The position numbers were made by a program, and so were the translations under genes. A stretch of DNA of 64,000 nucleotides from contig JAZTYJ010000019.1 of NCBI GenBank assembly GCA_045636865.1, forward strand, positions 475 through 64,474, written 5' to 3'. The stretch comes from Eubacteriales bacterium (GTDB taxonomy: Bacteria > Bacillota > Clostridia > Oscillospirales > JAAYXM01). Of this stretch, positions 8,348 to 18,466 are shown piece after piece. The stretch's first letter is position 1; each line of letters begins with the position of its first letter. A model generated the notes under the pieces. That model was not told where the DNA came from. It did no database searches and saw nothing but the letters and a program-made list of their open reading frames with translations.

Positions 8348-9612
8348 TGAAAGCTTCGGTTTCTTGCCGCGCACCGCACGGTAGGGTGCAGGTAATCCCG
8401 TCAAAATCAGTCGCTCACAGAGCACTCATTTCGGCGGCTCTGTCGGATGAGGAAACTAAAATAATATGCAACGCAAGGTCAAAGGACATTGAGGCAACGG
8501 CAAGAGTTTTGTCTTCCCTTGGTGCGGAAATTTCGGAAGAGGGCGGATGCTTTCTCGTAAGACCGATAAAAAACTTCCGTGATTCAGATCTTGACTGTGG
8601 CGAGAGCGGTTCAACACTGCGTTTTTTGATTCCCGTCGCGGCAACCATCTCAAAAGAGACAACGTTTGACGGCAAAGGCCGTCTTCCCGAAAGACCGATA
8701 TCAGAGCTTCTTAACTGTCTTTCCGAAAACGGCGCGGAATATGAGTATAACGGACGTCTTCCGCTTAAAATGAGGGGCGGACTTGAATTCGGCAGATTTA
8801 AAATTTCGGGAAAGGTCAGCTCACAGTTCATATCAGGGCTTCTGTTTGCGCTTCCGCGGCTTTCGGGAGACAGTATCATTGAAATTTGCGGCAATCTTGA
8901 ATCCTCAAAATATGTTGAAATAACACTCGATGTGATAAAACAGTTTGGAATCCTTGCCGGGTGGAGAGGCAATGAAATACATATAAAAGGAAACCAGAGC
9001 TACATATCACCGAAGAGCTTTTCTGTAGAGGGAGATTGGTCAAACGCGGCATTCTTCGCATCTCTCGGGGCATTCTCGGAGGAGGGAATAACCTGCACGG
9101 GAATGAATATGAAAAGCATTCAGGGAGATTACGAGATTCTCTCGCTCCTTGAAAGATTCGGTGCAAATGTAACTGAAAACGAAGATTCATTCACCGTAAA
9201 GAAAGGAAAGCTTTGCGGAATATCAATAGATGCATCGGAGATTCCCGACCTTGTGCCCGTGCTTTCGGTTGTTGCATCCGCGGCAGAGGGTGAGACGGTG
9301 ATTTATAACGCGTCGCGCCTTCGCATCAAGGAAAGCGATAGAATAAAAACAACGGTGAAAATGATAAAAAGTCTCGGCGGCGATATCCGTTCGGAAGACG
9401 ATAGCATCATAATCCGCGGCAGAGGGAAACTTCGCGGCGGAGTGGTGGATGGAGAAAACGACCACAGAATCGTTATGAGTGCGGCAATAGCCTCGGCGAT
9501 ATGCAAAGAGCCGGTAATTATTACGGGTGCCGAGGCGGTTGAAAAGTCATACGGCGACTTTTTTGAACGCTTTGCAGATCTCGGTGCAGACGTTTCTATA
9601 TCGGAGGAATAA
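8347..9612 (+). CDS. aroA: 3-phosphoshikimate 1-carboxyvinyltransferase (EPSP synthase)
   Basis: 421 aa. LDCGESGSTLRFL and DHRIVMSAAIAS motifs. TAATG overlap with aroB. Confidence 0.9.
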   Translation: MKASVSCRAPHGRVQVIPSKSVAHRALISAALSDEETKIICNARSKDIEATARVLSSLGAEISEEGGCFLVRPIKNFRDSDLDCGESGSTLRFLIPVAATISKETTFDGKGRLPERPISELLNCLSENGAEYEYNGRLPLKMRGGLEFGRFKISGKVSSQFISGLLFALPRLSGDSIIEICGNLESSKYVEITLDVIKQFGILAGWRGNEIHIKGNQSYISPKSFSVEGDWSNAAFFASLGAFSEEGITCTGMNMKSIQGDYEILSLLERFGANVTENEDSFTVKKGKLCGISIDASEIPDLVPVLSVVASAAEGETVIYNASRLRIKESDRIKTTVKMIKSLGGDIRSEDDSIIIRGRGKLRGGVVDGENDHRIVMSAAIASAICKEPVIITGAEAVEKSYGDFFERFADLGADVSISEE

Positions 9613-9616
9613 GGAT

Positions 9617-10681
9617 ATGAGTTCGATTTTTGGTGAAAATTTAAAAGTTTCGATTTTCGGTCAGTCGCATTCGGATGCGATGGGGGTTGTGATCGAGGGA
9701 TTTCCCGCTGACTTTTCGATTGATGAGGAAAAGCTCCTTGAGTTTATGGCAAGGCGCGCTCCGGGAAAAGGCGCACATACAACCGCCCGCAAGGAAGGCG
9801 ACGTGCCTGAGTTTGTTTCCGGTGTGTTCGATGGGAAAACGACAGGCGCTCCGATTTGTGCGATAATCAGAAATACCGATATGCGCTCAAAGGACTATGA
9901 TTCGCTTAAACGCGTGCCGCGTCCGGGACACGCCGACTTCACCGCATTTATGAAGTACGGCTCCGCCCACGACATCCGCGGCGGAGGTCAGTTTTCCGGT
10001 CGTCTCACGGCTTGTCTCTGTATAGCGGGAGGGCTCTGCCTTCAGTATCTTAAGACGCGCGGCGTGAAAATTGCGGCGCACGTATCACGAATCGGAAACG
10101 CAGAGGATAAGCTCTTGAATCCCGTATCACCGGAGCTTTCGGAGATTATTCAGGGAGATATTCCGACACTCTCTGAAGCTGCGGCAGAGAAGATGATGGC
10201 AGAAATTTTAAGTGCAAAGGAAGACCTCGACTCTGTCGGTGGCGTCATCGAATGTGCGGCGGTTGGAGTTCCCAAGGCTTTGGGTGAGCCGATGTTCGGC
10301 GGAGTTGAAAATCGGATAGCATCAATCGTTTTCGGAATCCCTGCAGTAAAGGGTGTTGAATTCGGCGCAGGATTTTCATCCGCAACTATGCGGGGAAGCG
10401 AGTGCAACGATGCATTTATCCTCGAAAAGGGAAGAGTGAAAACAGAGACGAACAACCACGGTGGCGCGCTTGGAGGAATAACCTCGGGAATGCCGATAAT
10501 TTTCCGCGCGGCAATAAAGCCGACACCGTCGATTGCAAAAAAACAAAAGAGTGTTGACCTTGCAAAAATGTGCGAGACGCATCTTGAAATTTGCGGCCGC
10601 CACGATCCGTGCATCGTGCCGAGAGCCGTGCCCGTTATGGAAGCCGCGCTCGCAATAGCAATTTTGGATATGATGATTTAG
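9617..10681 (+). CDS. aroC: Chorismate synthase
   Basis: ORF 9527..10681. Start moved to ATG 9617 (MSSIFGENLKVSIFGQSH), which follows GGAATAAGG and the aroA stop. RPGHADF motif. Confidence 0.9.
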   Translation: MSSIFGENLKVSIFGQSHSDAMGVVIEGFPADFSIDEEKLLEFMARRAPGKGAHTTARKEGDVPEFVSGVFDGKTTGAPICAIIRNTDMRSKDYDSLKRVPRPGHADFTAFMKYGSAHDIRGGGQFSGRLTACLCIAGGLCLQYLKTRGVKIAAHVSRIGNAEDKLLNPVSPELSEIIQGDIPTLSEAAAEKMMAEILSAKEDLDSVGGVIECAAVGVPKALGEPMFGGVENRIASIVFGIPAVKGVEFGAGFSSATMRGSECNDAFILEKGRVKTETNNHGGALGGITSGMPIIFRAAIKPTPSIAKKQKSVDLAKMCETHLEICGRHDPCIVPRAVPVMEAALAIAILDMMI

Positions 10682-10693
10682 GAAGTGTTTAAA

Positions 10694-11836
10694 ATGGATA
10701 TCAATAATCTCAGAAAAGACATTGACAGTATCGACCGTGAAATTTCAGAGCTTCTTAAAAAGAGAATGGAAACTGCGGCAAAAATTGGTGAGTATAAGAG
10801 GGAAAACGGACTTCCGGTATACGATGCAAAGCGCGAGAGCGAGCTTCTTGACAAGATTGAGGGTTACACGAAAGAAGAGTTTTCTGCTTATGCAAGGGTT
10901 ATCTATCAGACGATTATGGACACCTCGCGTTCATACCAGAGAAAGCTCCTTTTAAAGGATTCTCCCATCCGCACAGCTATGGAAGCTGCTATCGGAAAAA
11001 CCGAAAAGCTCTTTCCTGAGAGTGCGGTTGTCGCGTGTCAGGGCGTTGCAGGTGCATATTCACAGATAGCTTGCGAAAAGCTTTTCAAGAAGCCGAGCAT
11101 TATGTATTTCGGAAGCTTTGAAGACGTTTTCCGCGCGGTTGACAAAAAGCTCTGCAAATACGGCGTTCTGCCGATCGAAAACAGTACGGCAGGTTCAGTA
11201 AATAAGATTTACGACCTTATGGCAAAGTATAAATTCCATATTGTCCGCGGTGCGCGAATTCAGGTTGGACATGCGCTCCTTGCAAAGCGCGGAGTTAACC
11301 TTTCGGACATCACGGAAATCTTCTCTCATGAGCAGGCTATAAATCAATGCAGCGAGTTTTTGGAGAAGAATAAGAACATAAAGGTAACACGCGTTGAGAA
11401 TACAGCGGTTGCAGCACGTATGGTTGCAGAATCCGACAGACGCGACATTGCGGCGCTTTCGTCTCCCGCATGCGCAGAGCTCTATGAGTTGTCACCCATT
11501 TTCGATAACGTCTGCGATCATACGGGAAACTATACGAGATTTATCTGCATCTCAAAAGAGCTTGAGATTTATCCCGGTGCCGACAAGACGAGCCTTATGC
11601 TCAAGATTCCGCATAAGCCCGGTTCACTCTACCGAATCCTTGCGCGCATAAATTCTCTCGGCATAAACCTTGAAAAGCTCGAAAGCCGCCCGAAACCGGG
11701 AAGTGACTTTGAGTTTATGTTCTATTTTGACCTTGGCGCATCTGTCTACTCTCCTGCGCTTTTCGAGCTTATATGCGACCTCGATAACGACATTCCTGGA
11801 TTTAAATATTTCGGAAGCTATAAGGAGATTGTTTAA
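10694..11836 (+). CDS. pheA: Bifunctional chorismate mutase / prephenate dehydratase with ACT domain
   Basis: ORF 10685..11836. ATG 10694 follows AGGAAG. It has an N-terminal CM helix region, the ENSTAGSV PDT motif and a C-terminal ACT-like TSLMLKIPHKPGSLYRIL. Confidence 0.9.
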   Translation: MDINNLRKDIDSIDREISELLKKRMETAAKIGEYKRENGLPVYDAKRESELLDKIEGYTKEEFSAYARVIYQTIMDTSRSYQRKLLLKDSPIRTAMEAAIGKTEKLFPESAVVACQGVAGAYSQIACEKLFKKPSIMYFGSFEDVFRAVDKKLCKYGVLPIENSTAGSVNKIYDLMAKYKFHIVRGARIQVGHALLAKRGVNLSDITEIFSHEQAINQCSEFLEKNKNIKVTRVENTAVAARMVAESDRRDIAALSSPACAELYELSPIFDNVCDHTGNYTRFICISKELEIYPGADKTSLMLKIPHKPGSLYRILARINSLGINLEKLESRPKPGSDFEFMFYFDLGASVYSPALFELICDLDNDIPGFKYFGSYKEIV

Positions 11837-12676
11837 GTGAAAAAGGATATCGTTTTAAAAGTAAATGAAGATGGAGAACTTCTTAAATTCCTCTACGCCG
11901 CGCTCTCGTCACAGCCGAAAGGAAAGGTTAAGTCATACCTTGAGCACCGTCAGGTGCTTGTCAACGGTATAGTAACGACGAAGTTCAATTTACCGCTTGA
12001 AGCGGGAGATGAGGTCAGAGTTTCTCTCTCTGAAGGAAGCGTAAAACCTCACGGAATTGATATTATCTATGAGGATTCGGATTTCGTTGCGGTAAACAAA
12101 CCGGCAGGACTTCTCACCGTAACCGACGGTGAGCGGATTCACACGGCATATTCAAAGCTTTCGGAGAGCCGCAAAGGTGAGATTTTTGTTGTCCACCGTC
12201 TTGACCGTGACACATCTGGAGTTTTGCTCTTTGCAAAAAAGAGAGAGTTTTGCACACTTTTGCAGGAGAGTTGGAATGACCTTGTATATCTTCGCGAATA
12301 CACGGCTATCTGCGAGGGTGTTTTTGAAAGAAAAAAGGGAAGATGTGATACACTTATTGCTGAAAACGCGGTGCACGTCATGTATTCATCGAGCACGGGA
12401 AAGCGCGCAATAACTGATTACGAGGTCGCGCGTGAAAACGAAAACTATTCCCTCGTAAAAGTCAGGCTCTTAACAGGGCGTAAGAATCAGATTCGCGTTC
12501 ATATGAAGGAGCTCGGACATCCCGTTGTTGGAGACAAAAAGTACGGAAGCACGCAGAATCCCATAGGGCGTCTCGGACTTCACGCGTCAGCACTCGGCTT
12601 TACTCATCCCGTAACGGGAAAAGAGATTATCATCCGCGCAAAGAGCGAGAGAAAATTCACATTGCCGAAAAAATAG
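11837..12676 (+). CDS. RluA-family pseudouridine synthase with N-terminal S4-like domain
   Basis: GTG start one nt after the pheA stop. Catalytic motif HRLDRDTSGVLLFAK. Confidence 0.85.
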   Translation: MKKDIVLKVNEDGELLKFLYAALSSQPKGKVKSYLEHRQVLVNGIVTTKFNLPLEAGDEVRVSLSEGSVKPHGIDIIYEDSDFVAVNKPAGLLTVTDGERIHTAYSKLSESRKGEIFVVHRLDRDTSGVLLFAKKREFCTLLQESWNDLVYLREYTAICEGVFERKKGRCDTLIAENAVHVMYSSSTGKRAITDYEVARENENYSLVKVRLLTGRKNQIRVHMKELGHPVVGDKKYGSTQNPIGRLGLHASALGFTHPVTGKEIIIRAKSERKFTLPKK

Positions 12677-12679
12677 AAA

Positions 12680-12712
12680 AGAACCACGTCTGTATGTTAC
12701 AGACGTGGTTCT
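12680..12712. terminator. Bidirectional hairpin terminator
   Basis: AGAACCACGTCTGTA, loop TGT, TACAGACGTGGTTCT, flanked by A- and T-runs. Confidence 0.8.
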
Positions 12713-12715
12713 TTA

Positions 12716-12919
12716 TCAATATCCGAGTTTTTTGATTCGCTCTTGTTCAGCTTTTATATATTTTTCTTTATATGCACCGGGGTTTTCGTATGAGAATCCG
12801 TCCATAACTTCGGGACGACCGGCGTTGAAGTCGGTGACGGTGAACTTTCCGTTATCCTCAATGCGATAAGTATAGACATCAAAATTCAATGTTTTTGTGT
12901 TTCCGTCATTGCTTTTCAA
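12716..12919 (-). CDS. Doubtful small ORF (67 aa, TTG start, no RBS)
   Basis: Present in the ORF track only. No Shine-Dalgarno and no recognisable motif. It could be a gene remnant. Confidence 0.2.
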   Translation of the reverse strand: MKSNDGNTKTLNFDVYTYRIEDNGKFTVTDFNAGRPEVMDGFSYENPGAYKEKYIKAEQERIKKLGY

Positions 12920-12969
12920 AACACTTTATGATAAGATATACACAAAGATTTACAGAAGGAGTGATTGTC

Positions 12970-14055
12970 TTGAAAATGACATTCCGCTGGTACGGCGAAG
13001 GCAACGATAAGATAAGCCTTTCCGACATCAAGCAGATTCCCGGCGTAGACGGTATCGTCTGGGCTCTTCACCACAAGATGCCGGGCGAAATCTGGGAGGA
13101 AGAAGAAATCGCAGAAGTCAAGCGCCAGCTTGATGAGTACGGTTTTAATATGGACGTTGTTGAATCAGTAAACGTTCACGACGATATCAAAATCGGTCTT
13201 CCCACAAGAGACAAATACATAGAAAACTACAAGCAGTGTATCAGAAACCTCGCAAAATACGGCGTCAAGGTTATCTGCTACAACTTTATGCCGATTTTTG
13301 ACTGGACAAGAAGTAACCTCTTCCATCCGGTTGGTGACGGTTCAACAGCTCTTTACTACGAAAAGGGTATGATTCAGGACGATTACAACGCAATGGCTGA
13401 ATATATCCTCAATTTCACAGAAAAGTACAATATGTCATTCCCCGGCTGGGAGCCTGAGAGAATGGCAAAGCTTGATGAGCTCTTCAAGGCATACGAGGGC
13501 GTTGACCACGAAAAGCTCTGGGCAAACCTCAAATACTTCCTCGAGGCACTTATGCCGACCTGCCGCGAGTGCGACGTCAAAATGGCTATCCATATGGACG
13601 ATCCACCATGGGATATCTTCGGTCTTCCGCGTCTCCTTGTTGACGAGGCAAGCATCGACAGATTCTTAAAGATGGTTGACGATGAATACAACTGCCTCAC
13701 TCTCTGCTCGGGAAGCCTCGGTGCAAACCCGGACAACAACGTTGCAGACATCGTCCGCAAGCATTGTGACAGAATCGCATTTGCTCACATCAGAAACGTC
13801 AAGCACTTCCCGAACGGCGACTTCACGGAAGCATCACACCGCGACTGCGATGGCGATACGGGTGTTCTTGAAATCGTTAAGGCATACCACGACTGCGGCT
13901 TTGAAGGATATATCCGCCCTGACCACGGCAGACACCTCTGGTCAGAAGGCCCCGGAAGCGTCCGCCCGGGCTACGGTCTTTACGACCGCGCTCTCGGAAT
14001 TATGTATATGCACGGAATCTGGGATACTCTTGACCGCATAAAGGGAATAAAGTAA
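12970..14055 (+). CDS. uxuA: Mannonate dehydratase
   Basis: ORF 12889..14055. Start placed at TTG 12970 (MKMTFRWYG...), 8 nt after AGGAG. ATG 12976 is an alternative. The N-terminus is typical of UxuA. Confidence 0.85.
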   Translation: MKMTFRWYGEGNDKISLSDIKQIPGVDGIVWALHHKMPGEIWEEEEIAEVKRQLDEYGFNMDVVESVNVHDDIKIGLPTRDKYIENYKQCIRNLAKYGVKVICYNFMPIFDWTRSNLFHPVGDGSTALYYEKGMIQDDYNAMAEYILNFTEKYNMSFPGWEPERMAKLDELFKAYEGVDHEKLWANLKYFLEALMPTCRECDVKMAIHMDDPPWDIFGLPRLLVDEASIDRFLKMVDDEYNCLTLCSGSLGANPDNNVADIVRKHCDRIAFAHIRNVKHFPNGDFTEASHRDCDGDTGVLEIVKAYHDCGFEGYIRPDHGRHLWSEGPGSVRPGYGLYDRALGIMYMHGIWDTLDRIKGIK

Positions 14056-14073
14056 ACAAAAGTTTGCGAAAAA

Positions 14074-14105
14074 CAAGACCGCATCTGTTCTCCGGTGCGG
14101 TCTTG
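14074..14105 (+). terminator. uxuA terminator hairpin
   Basis: CAAGACCGCA pairs with TGCGGTCTTG across a 12-nt loop, followed by AATTTTGATTT. Confidence 0.6.
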
Positions 14106-14184
14106 AATTTTGATTTCAAGGTCATTTTTATGCAAAATAACAAAAAAATTTTGGTTTTTTTGCTAATATTTTCAAAAAATATAG

Positions 14185-14213
14185 TTGTAAATTGAAAAGA
14201 AATCGTTTATAAT
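14185..14213 (+). promoter_or_regulatory. Candidate gap promoter
   Basis: TTGTAA (14185-14190), 17 nt, TATAAT (14208-14213). Confidence 0.55.
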
Positions 14214-14237
14214 ATATAGTAATGTGAAAAAAATTAG

Positions 14238-15260
<1,023 letters not shown>

Positions 15261-15277
15261 GATTTAATTTACAAACC

Positions 15278-15310
15278 AAAACACCGCTTCAGACGAAGCG
15301 GTGTTTTTTT
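15278..15310 (+). terminator. gap terminator
   Basis: ACACCGCTTC, loop AGAC, GAAGCGGTGT, followed by T6. Confidence 0.85.
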
Positions 15311-15321
15311 GTAGAGAGAAA

Positions 15322-15351
15322 CGGGAGATATGCAGATTTGCATATCTCCCG
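15322..15351 (-). terminator. Terminator hairpin at the end of the minus-strand sugar cluster
   Basis: CGGGAGATATGCA, loop GATT, TGCATATCTCCCG, lying 10 nt beyond the stop at 15361. Confidence 0.6.
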
Positions 15352-15360
15352 AAATAGTAT

Positions 15361-16863
15361 TTAGTTATCAAACATTTTGTTGATTTCAGTTATTGTGTTG
15401 CGAACCAGGAGATCGCCGCCTTCGTGTCCCGTGTCACCGCTTGTGATGTATGCGCTGTAATGACCGTGTTTCTCAGCCTTCTCCGTCGGGAGATATGCAT
15501 GAGATCCGCAGCAGAGCTGAACGATAAAGGTCTGCTTTGCATAGCTTCGAGCCTTCATGCGGAGAGCAAAGTCGAGGAAGAGTTCATACGGATTAGTCGC
15601 AATTGCGATATCTCCGAAACGAACAACGTGATACTCAATCGGAACAACTTCCGTAAGTTGCTGCTCGCGGTATCTGAGAATTTCACCTGCGTAGACGTGC
15701 ATTCTGGCGATGTCGACATAGTCAAAGTTTCCCTTATGCTTGTTCTTCTCAATGTAAGCCTCAAGCTCGCGTACTGCATTTTCATACTGTGAGGGAGTGA
15801 CCTTGCGAAGCGGAAGATTTAAGTTTATGACCTCATGCTCAAAGATTGCCTCGTCCTTGTATTCTTCAATCTCATCATAAACCGCGATGATTTCGTTTGC
15901 GATACGTTTGCCGACTCTGTTGCAACCCTTGATGTCAAACATCGACGGGTCAGCCTTGCGCTCAATAACGTTCGGGCGGTCGATGTTCGGATCGTCAATC
16001 GGAGTTTCGGGCTCAACCCATCTTACGAGGTCGCGCGGGCACTGGTCGCCGCCTGCACCGCAGAGTGCGAGGAGGTGAACATCTTCGCCGAATCTTTCGC
16101 GGAGATATGCTTTCGTTCTGCCCCAGAAGTCAGCAGAAATAAAGCTTCTCTGCTCAAGAATCTGGGCGGGGCAGGCGATGTTTGCAACAACACCTGTGAG
16201 TTTTTTGTTCTTATCGAAGAAGTAGAGAAGCTCAACACCTGAGTCGTTTCCGCCTTCAAGACCAATAAAGTTTGCGGTGTTTGTGTCACCCCACATCTTC
16301 GCTGTACCGTCATCATAGCAGACGCGGCGGTTCATACCGACTGCGGCACGGCCGAATTCGTTTGCATAAAGAGCTTCTTTGCGGTTGTCCCACGCGCGTT
16401 TTGCGGCAAGGGCAATCTTGTCCGTGAGAAGCTCAAGTGCTTCTTCCGGAGAGCAGACGCTCTCATCGGGTGTAACCTTTTTCTCGTACGTTATACCATC
16501 AGGGAGATATTCTTCAACGATGGCTGCCGCCGATGCGATGGTTGAAGCGGAGGCTGCAGACGGTGATGCAAAAACGAGAGAGGTGTGAGTGTGCGTTGCG
16601 CAGACGATGAGCTTTTTCGGGTCAACCTCGTCTGTGAGCTTTGCAAACTTCTCTCTTGCAATTTCAAGCTGCGCCTCTTTGATCTGCGCAATATCTGCAG
16701 AGACGAAAATCATCTGTTCTCCGTCTGCTTCTACTGCAAGTGCTGTAGCCGTGATGTCTGATTCGACATATTCTGAAATTCTTTCAAAAAACTGACCTGC
16801 AAGGCTTGCTTTTTTTGGGGGGATAAGGCTCTCTTCAGCCCAACCTGCATATATTTTTCCCAT
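15361..16863 (-). CDS. Paralog A of an unknown-function hydrolase-like protein (neutral-ceramidase-N-terminal-like)
   Basis: 500-aa ORF with a good RBS (GGAGGAAG). The pattern GWAEE..IP...SLAGQ...R.S..V.SD.. and the CATHTHTS core recall the ceramidase_alk N-domain. That family call is from memory and tentative. Confidence 0.6.
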   Translation of the reverse strand: MGKIYAGWAEESLIPPKKASLAGQFFERISEYVESDITATALAVEADGEQMIFVSADIAQIKEAQLEIAREKFAKLTDEVDPKKLIVCATHTHTSLVFASPSAASASTIASAAAIVEEYLPDGITYEKKVTPDESVCSPEEALELLTDKIALAAKRAWDNRKEALYANEFGRAAVGMNRRVCYDDGTAKMWGDTNTANFIGLEGGNDSGVELLYFFDKNKKLTGVVANIACPAQILEQRSFISADFWGRTKAYLRERFGEDVHLLALCGAGGDQCPRDLVRWVEPETPIDDPNIDRPNVIERKADPSMFDIKGCNRVGKRIANEIIAVYDEIEEYKDEAIFEHEVINLNLPLRKVTPSQYENAVRELEAYIEKNKHKGNFDYVDIARMHVYAGEILRYREQQLTEVVPIEYHVVRFGDIAIATNPYELFLDFALRMKARSYAKQTFIVQLCCGSHAYLPTEKAEKHGHYSAYITSGDTGHEGGDLLVRNTITEINKMFDN

Positions 16864-16939
16864 TTTAACTTCCTCCGGAATGAAGTGTATGTATTTTCGG
16901 GAAGAACAGGAAGCCGTGAGACTTCCTGTTCTGCTTTAA

Positions 16940-18448
16940 TTATTTTGAAAACATTTCGTTGATTTGGGTAATTGTCTCGCGGACAAGGAGGTCGCCGCCT
17001 TCGTGGCCGGTTTCACCGCTTGTGATATATGCGCTGTAGTGACCGTGAGCCTCAGCCTGCGCTGTCGGGAGATATCCGTGAGCACCGCAGGAGAGCTGAA
17101 CGATGAATGTCTGCTTTGCATAACTTCTTGCCTTTATGCGGAGAGCAAAGTCAAGGAAGAGCTCGTACGGGTTTGTTGCAAAAGCAATATCGCCGAAGCG
17201 GACAACGTGATATTCAATCGGGAAAAGCTCTGTAAACTGCTGTGTCTGGAAACGGATGATTTCGCCTGCGTAGATATACATCTTTGCGATGTCGACAAAG
17301 TCAAAGTTACCCTTGTCTTTATTCTTTTCGACGTAAAACTCAAGCTCTCTGATTGCGTTTTCGTGCTGTGTGGGAGTAACCTTGCGAAGCGGAGTGTTGA
17401 GAGTGAGTGCTTTGTGTTCAAAGACAGCTTCACTCTTTAAGTCTGCTTCTTCGATTTCGTCGTAAACCGCGATGATTTCGTTTGCGATACGTCTGCCGAC
17501 TCTGTTGCAACCCTTGATGTCAAACATTGACGGGTCAGCCTTGCGCTCAATGACGTGCTGACGGTCGATGTTCGGGTCGTCAATCGGAGTTTCGGGTTCT
17601 ACCCATCTTACGAGGTCGCGCGGGCACTGGTCGCCGCCTGCACCGCAGAGTGAGAGAAGGTAAATATCTTCGCCGAATCTTTCGCGGAGATATGCCTTTG
17701 TTCTGCCCCAGAAGTCAGCAGAGATAAAGCTTCTCTGCTCGAGAATCTGTGAGGGACAAGCGATATTTGCGGCAACACCCGTGAGTTTCTTATTCTTATC
17801 GAAGAAGTAGAGAAGCTCGATGCCTGAGTCGTTTCCGCCTTCGAGACCGATGAAGTTTGCGCTGTTTGTGTCGCCCCACATCTTTGCTGTACCGTCATCG
17901 TAGCAGACGCGGCGGTTCATACCGACTGCGGCACGGCCGAATTCGTTTGTGTAGTAAGCCTCTGCTCTGCTGCTCCATGCCTTATATGCGGCAAGGGCAA
18001 TTTTATCCGTGATGAGCTCAAGTGCTTCCTTCGGTGTGCAGACAGAGTCGTCGGGAGTAACCTTCTCTTCGTACTTCTGACCTTCGGGGAGATATGACTC
18101 GATGATTTCAGTTGTAGAAGCAATAGGTGAGGACGGACCTGCATCGTTGCTGTCGGCAAGAAGAGAGGTGTGAGTGTGTGTTACTGCAACGATGAGTTTG
18201 TCTGTATCAAAATCAGGAGCAAGTTTTGCGAGTTTTTCTCTTGAAAGCTTCATCTGACCGTCTGTAATTTTTACAAGGTCTGCAGAAGCCATAATCATCT
18301 GCTCACCATCTGCCTCAACTGCGAGAGCTGTAACGGTGATGTCAGATTCAACGTATTCTGAAATTCTTTCAAAAAACTGACCTGCAAGGCTTGCTTTTTT
18401 TTCGGGGATGATGGACTCTTCAGCCCATCCAACATATATTTTTCCCAT
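16940..18448 (-). CDS. Paralog B of the same hydrolase-like family
   Basis: 502 aa, collinear with paralog A along the whole length (MGKIY.GWAEES.IP.KKASLAGQFFERISEYVESDIT...). RBS GGAGGAAAC. Confidence 0.6.
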   Translation of the reverse strand: MGKIYVGWAEESIIPEKKASLAGQFFERISEYVESDITVTALAVEADGEQMIMASADLVKITDGQMKLSREKLAKLAPDFDTDKLIVAVTHTHTSLLADSNDAGPSSPIASTTEIIESYLPEGQKYEEKVTPDDSVCTPKEALELITDKIALAAYKAWSSRAEAYYTNEFGRAAVGMNRRVCYDDGTAKMWGDTNSANFIGLEGGNDSGIELLYFFDKNKKLTGVAANIACPSQILEQRSFISADFWGRTKAYLRERFGEDIYLLSLCGAGGDQCPRDLVRWVEPETPIDDPNIDRQHVIERKADPSMFDIKGCNRVGRRIANEIIAVYDEIEEADLKSEAVFEHKALTLNTPLRKVTPTQHENAIRELEFYVEKNKDKGNFDFVDIAKMYIYAGEIIRFQTQQFTELFPIEYHVVRFGDIAFATNPYELFLDFALRIKARSYAKQTFIVQLSCGAHGYLPTAQAEAHGHYSAYITSGETGHEGGDLLVRETITQINEMFSK

Positions 18449-18466
18449 TTCTGTTTCCTCCGCAAA

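Noticed and set aside
8415-10614. Long antisense ORFs within aroA and aroC (for example 8415..8972, 185 aa; 10150..10614, 154 aa).
   Set aside because: They lie antisense to genes with strong family motifs. This is the typical stop-codon-poor antisense frame of GC-richer coding DNA. There is no RBS and no motif.
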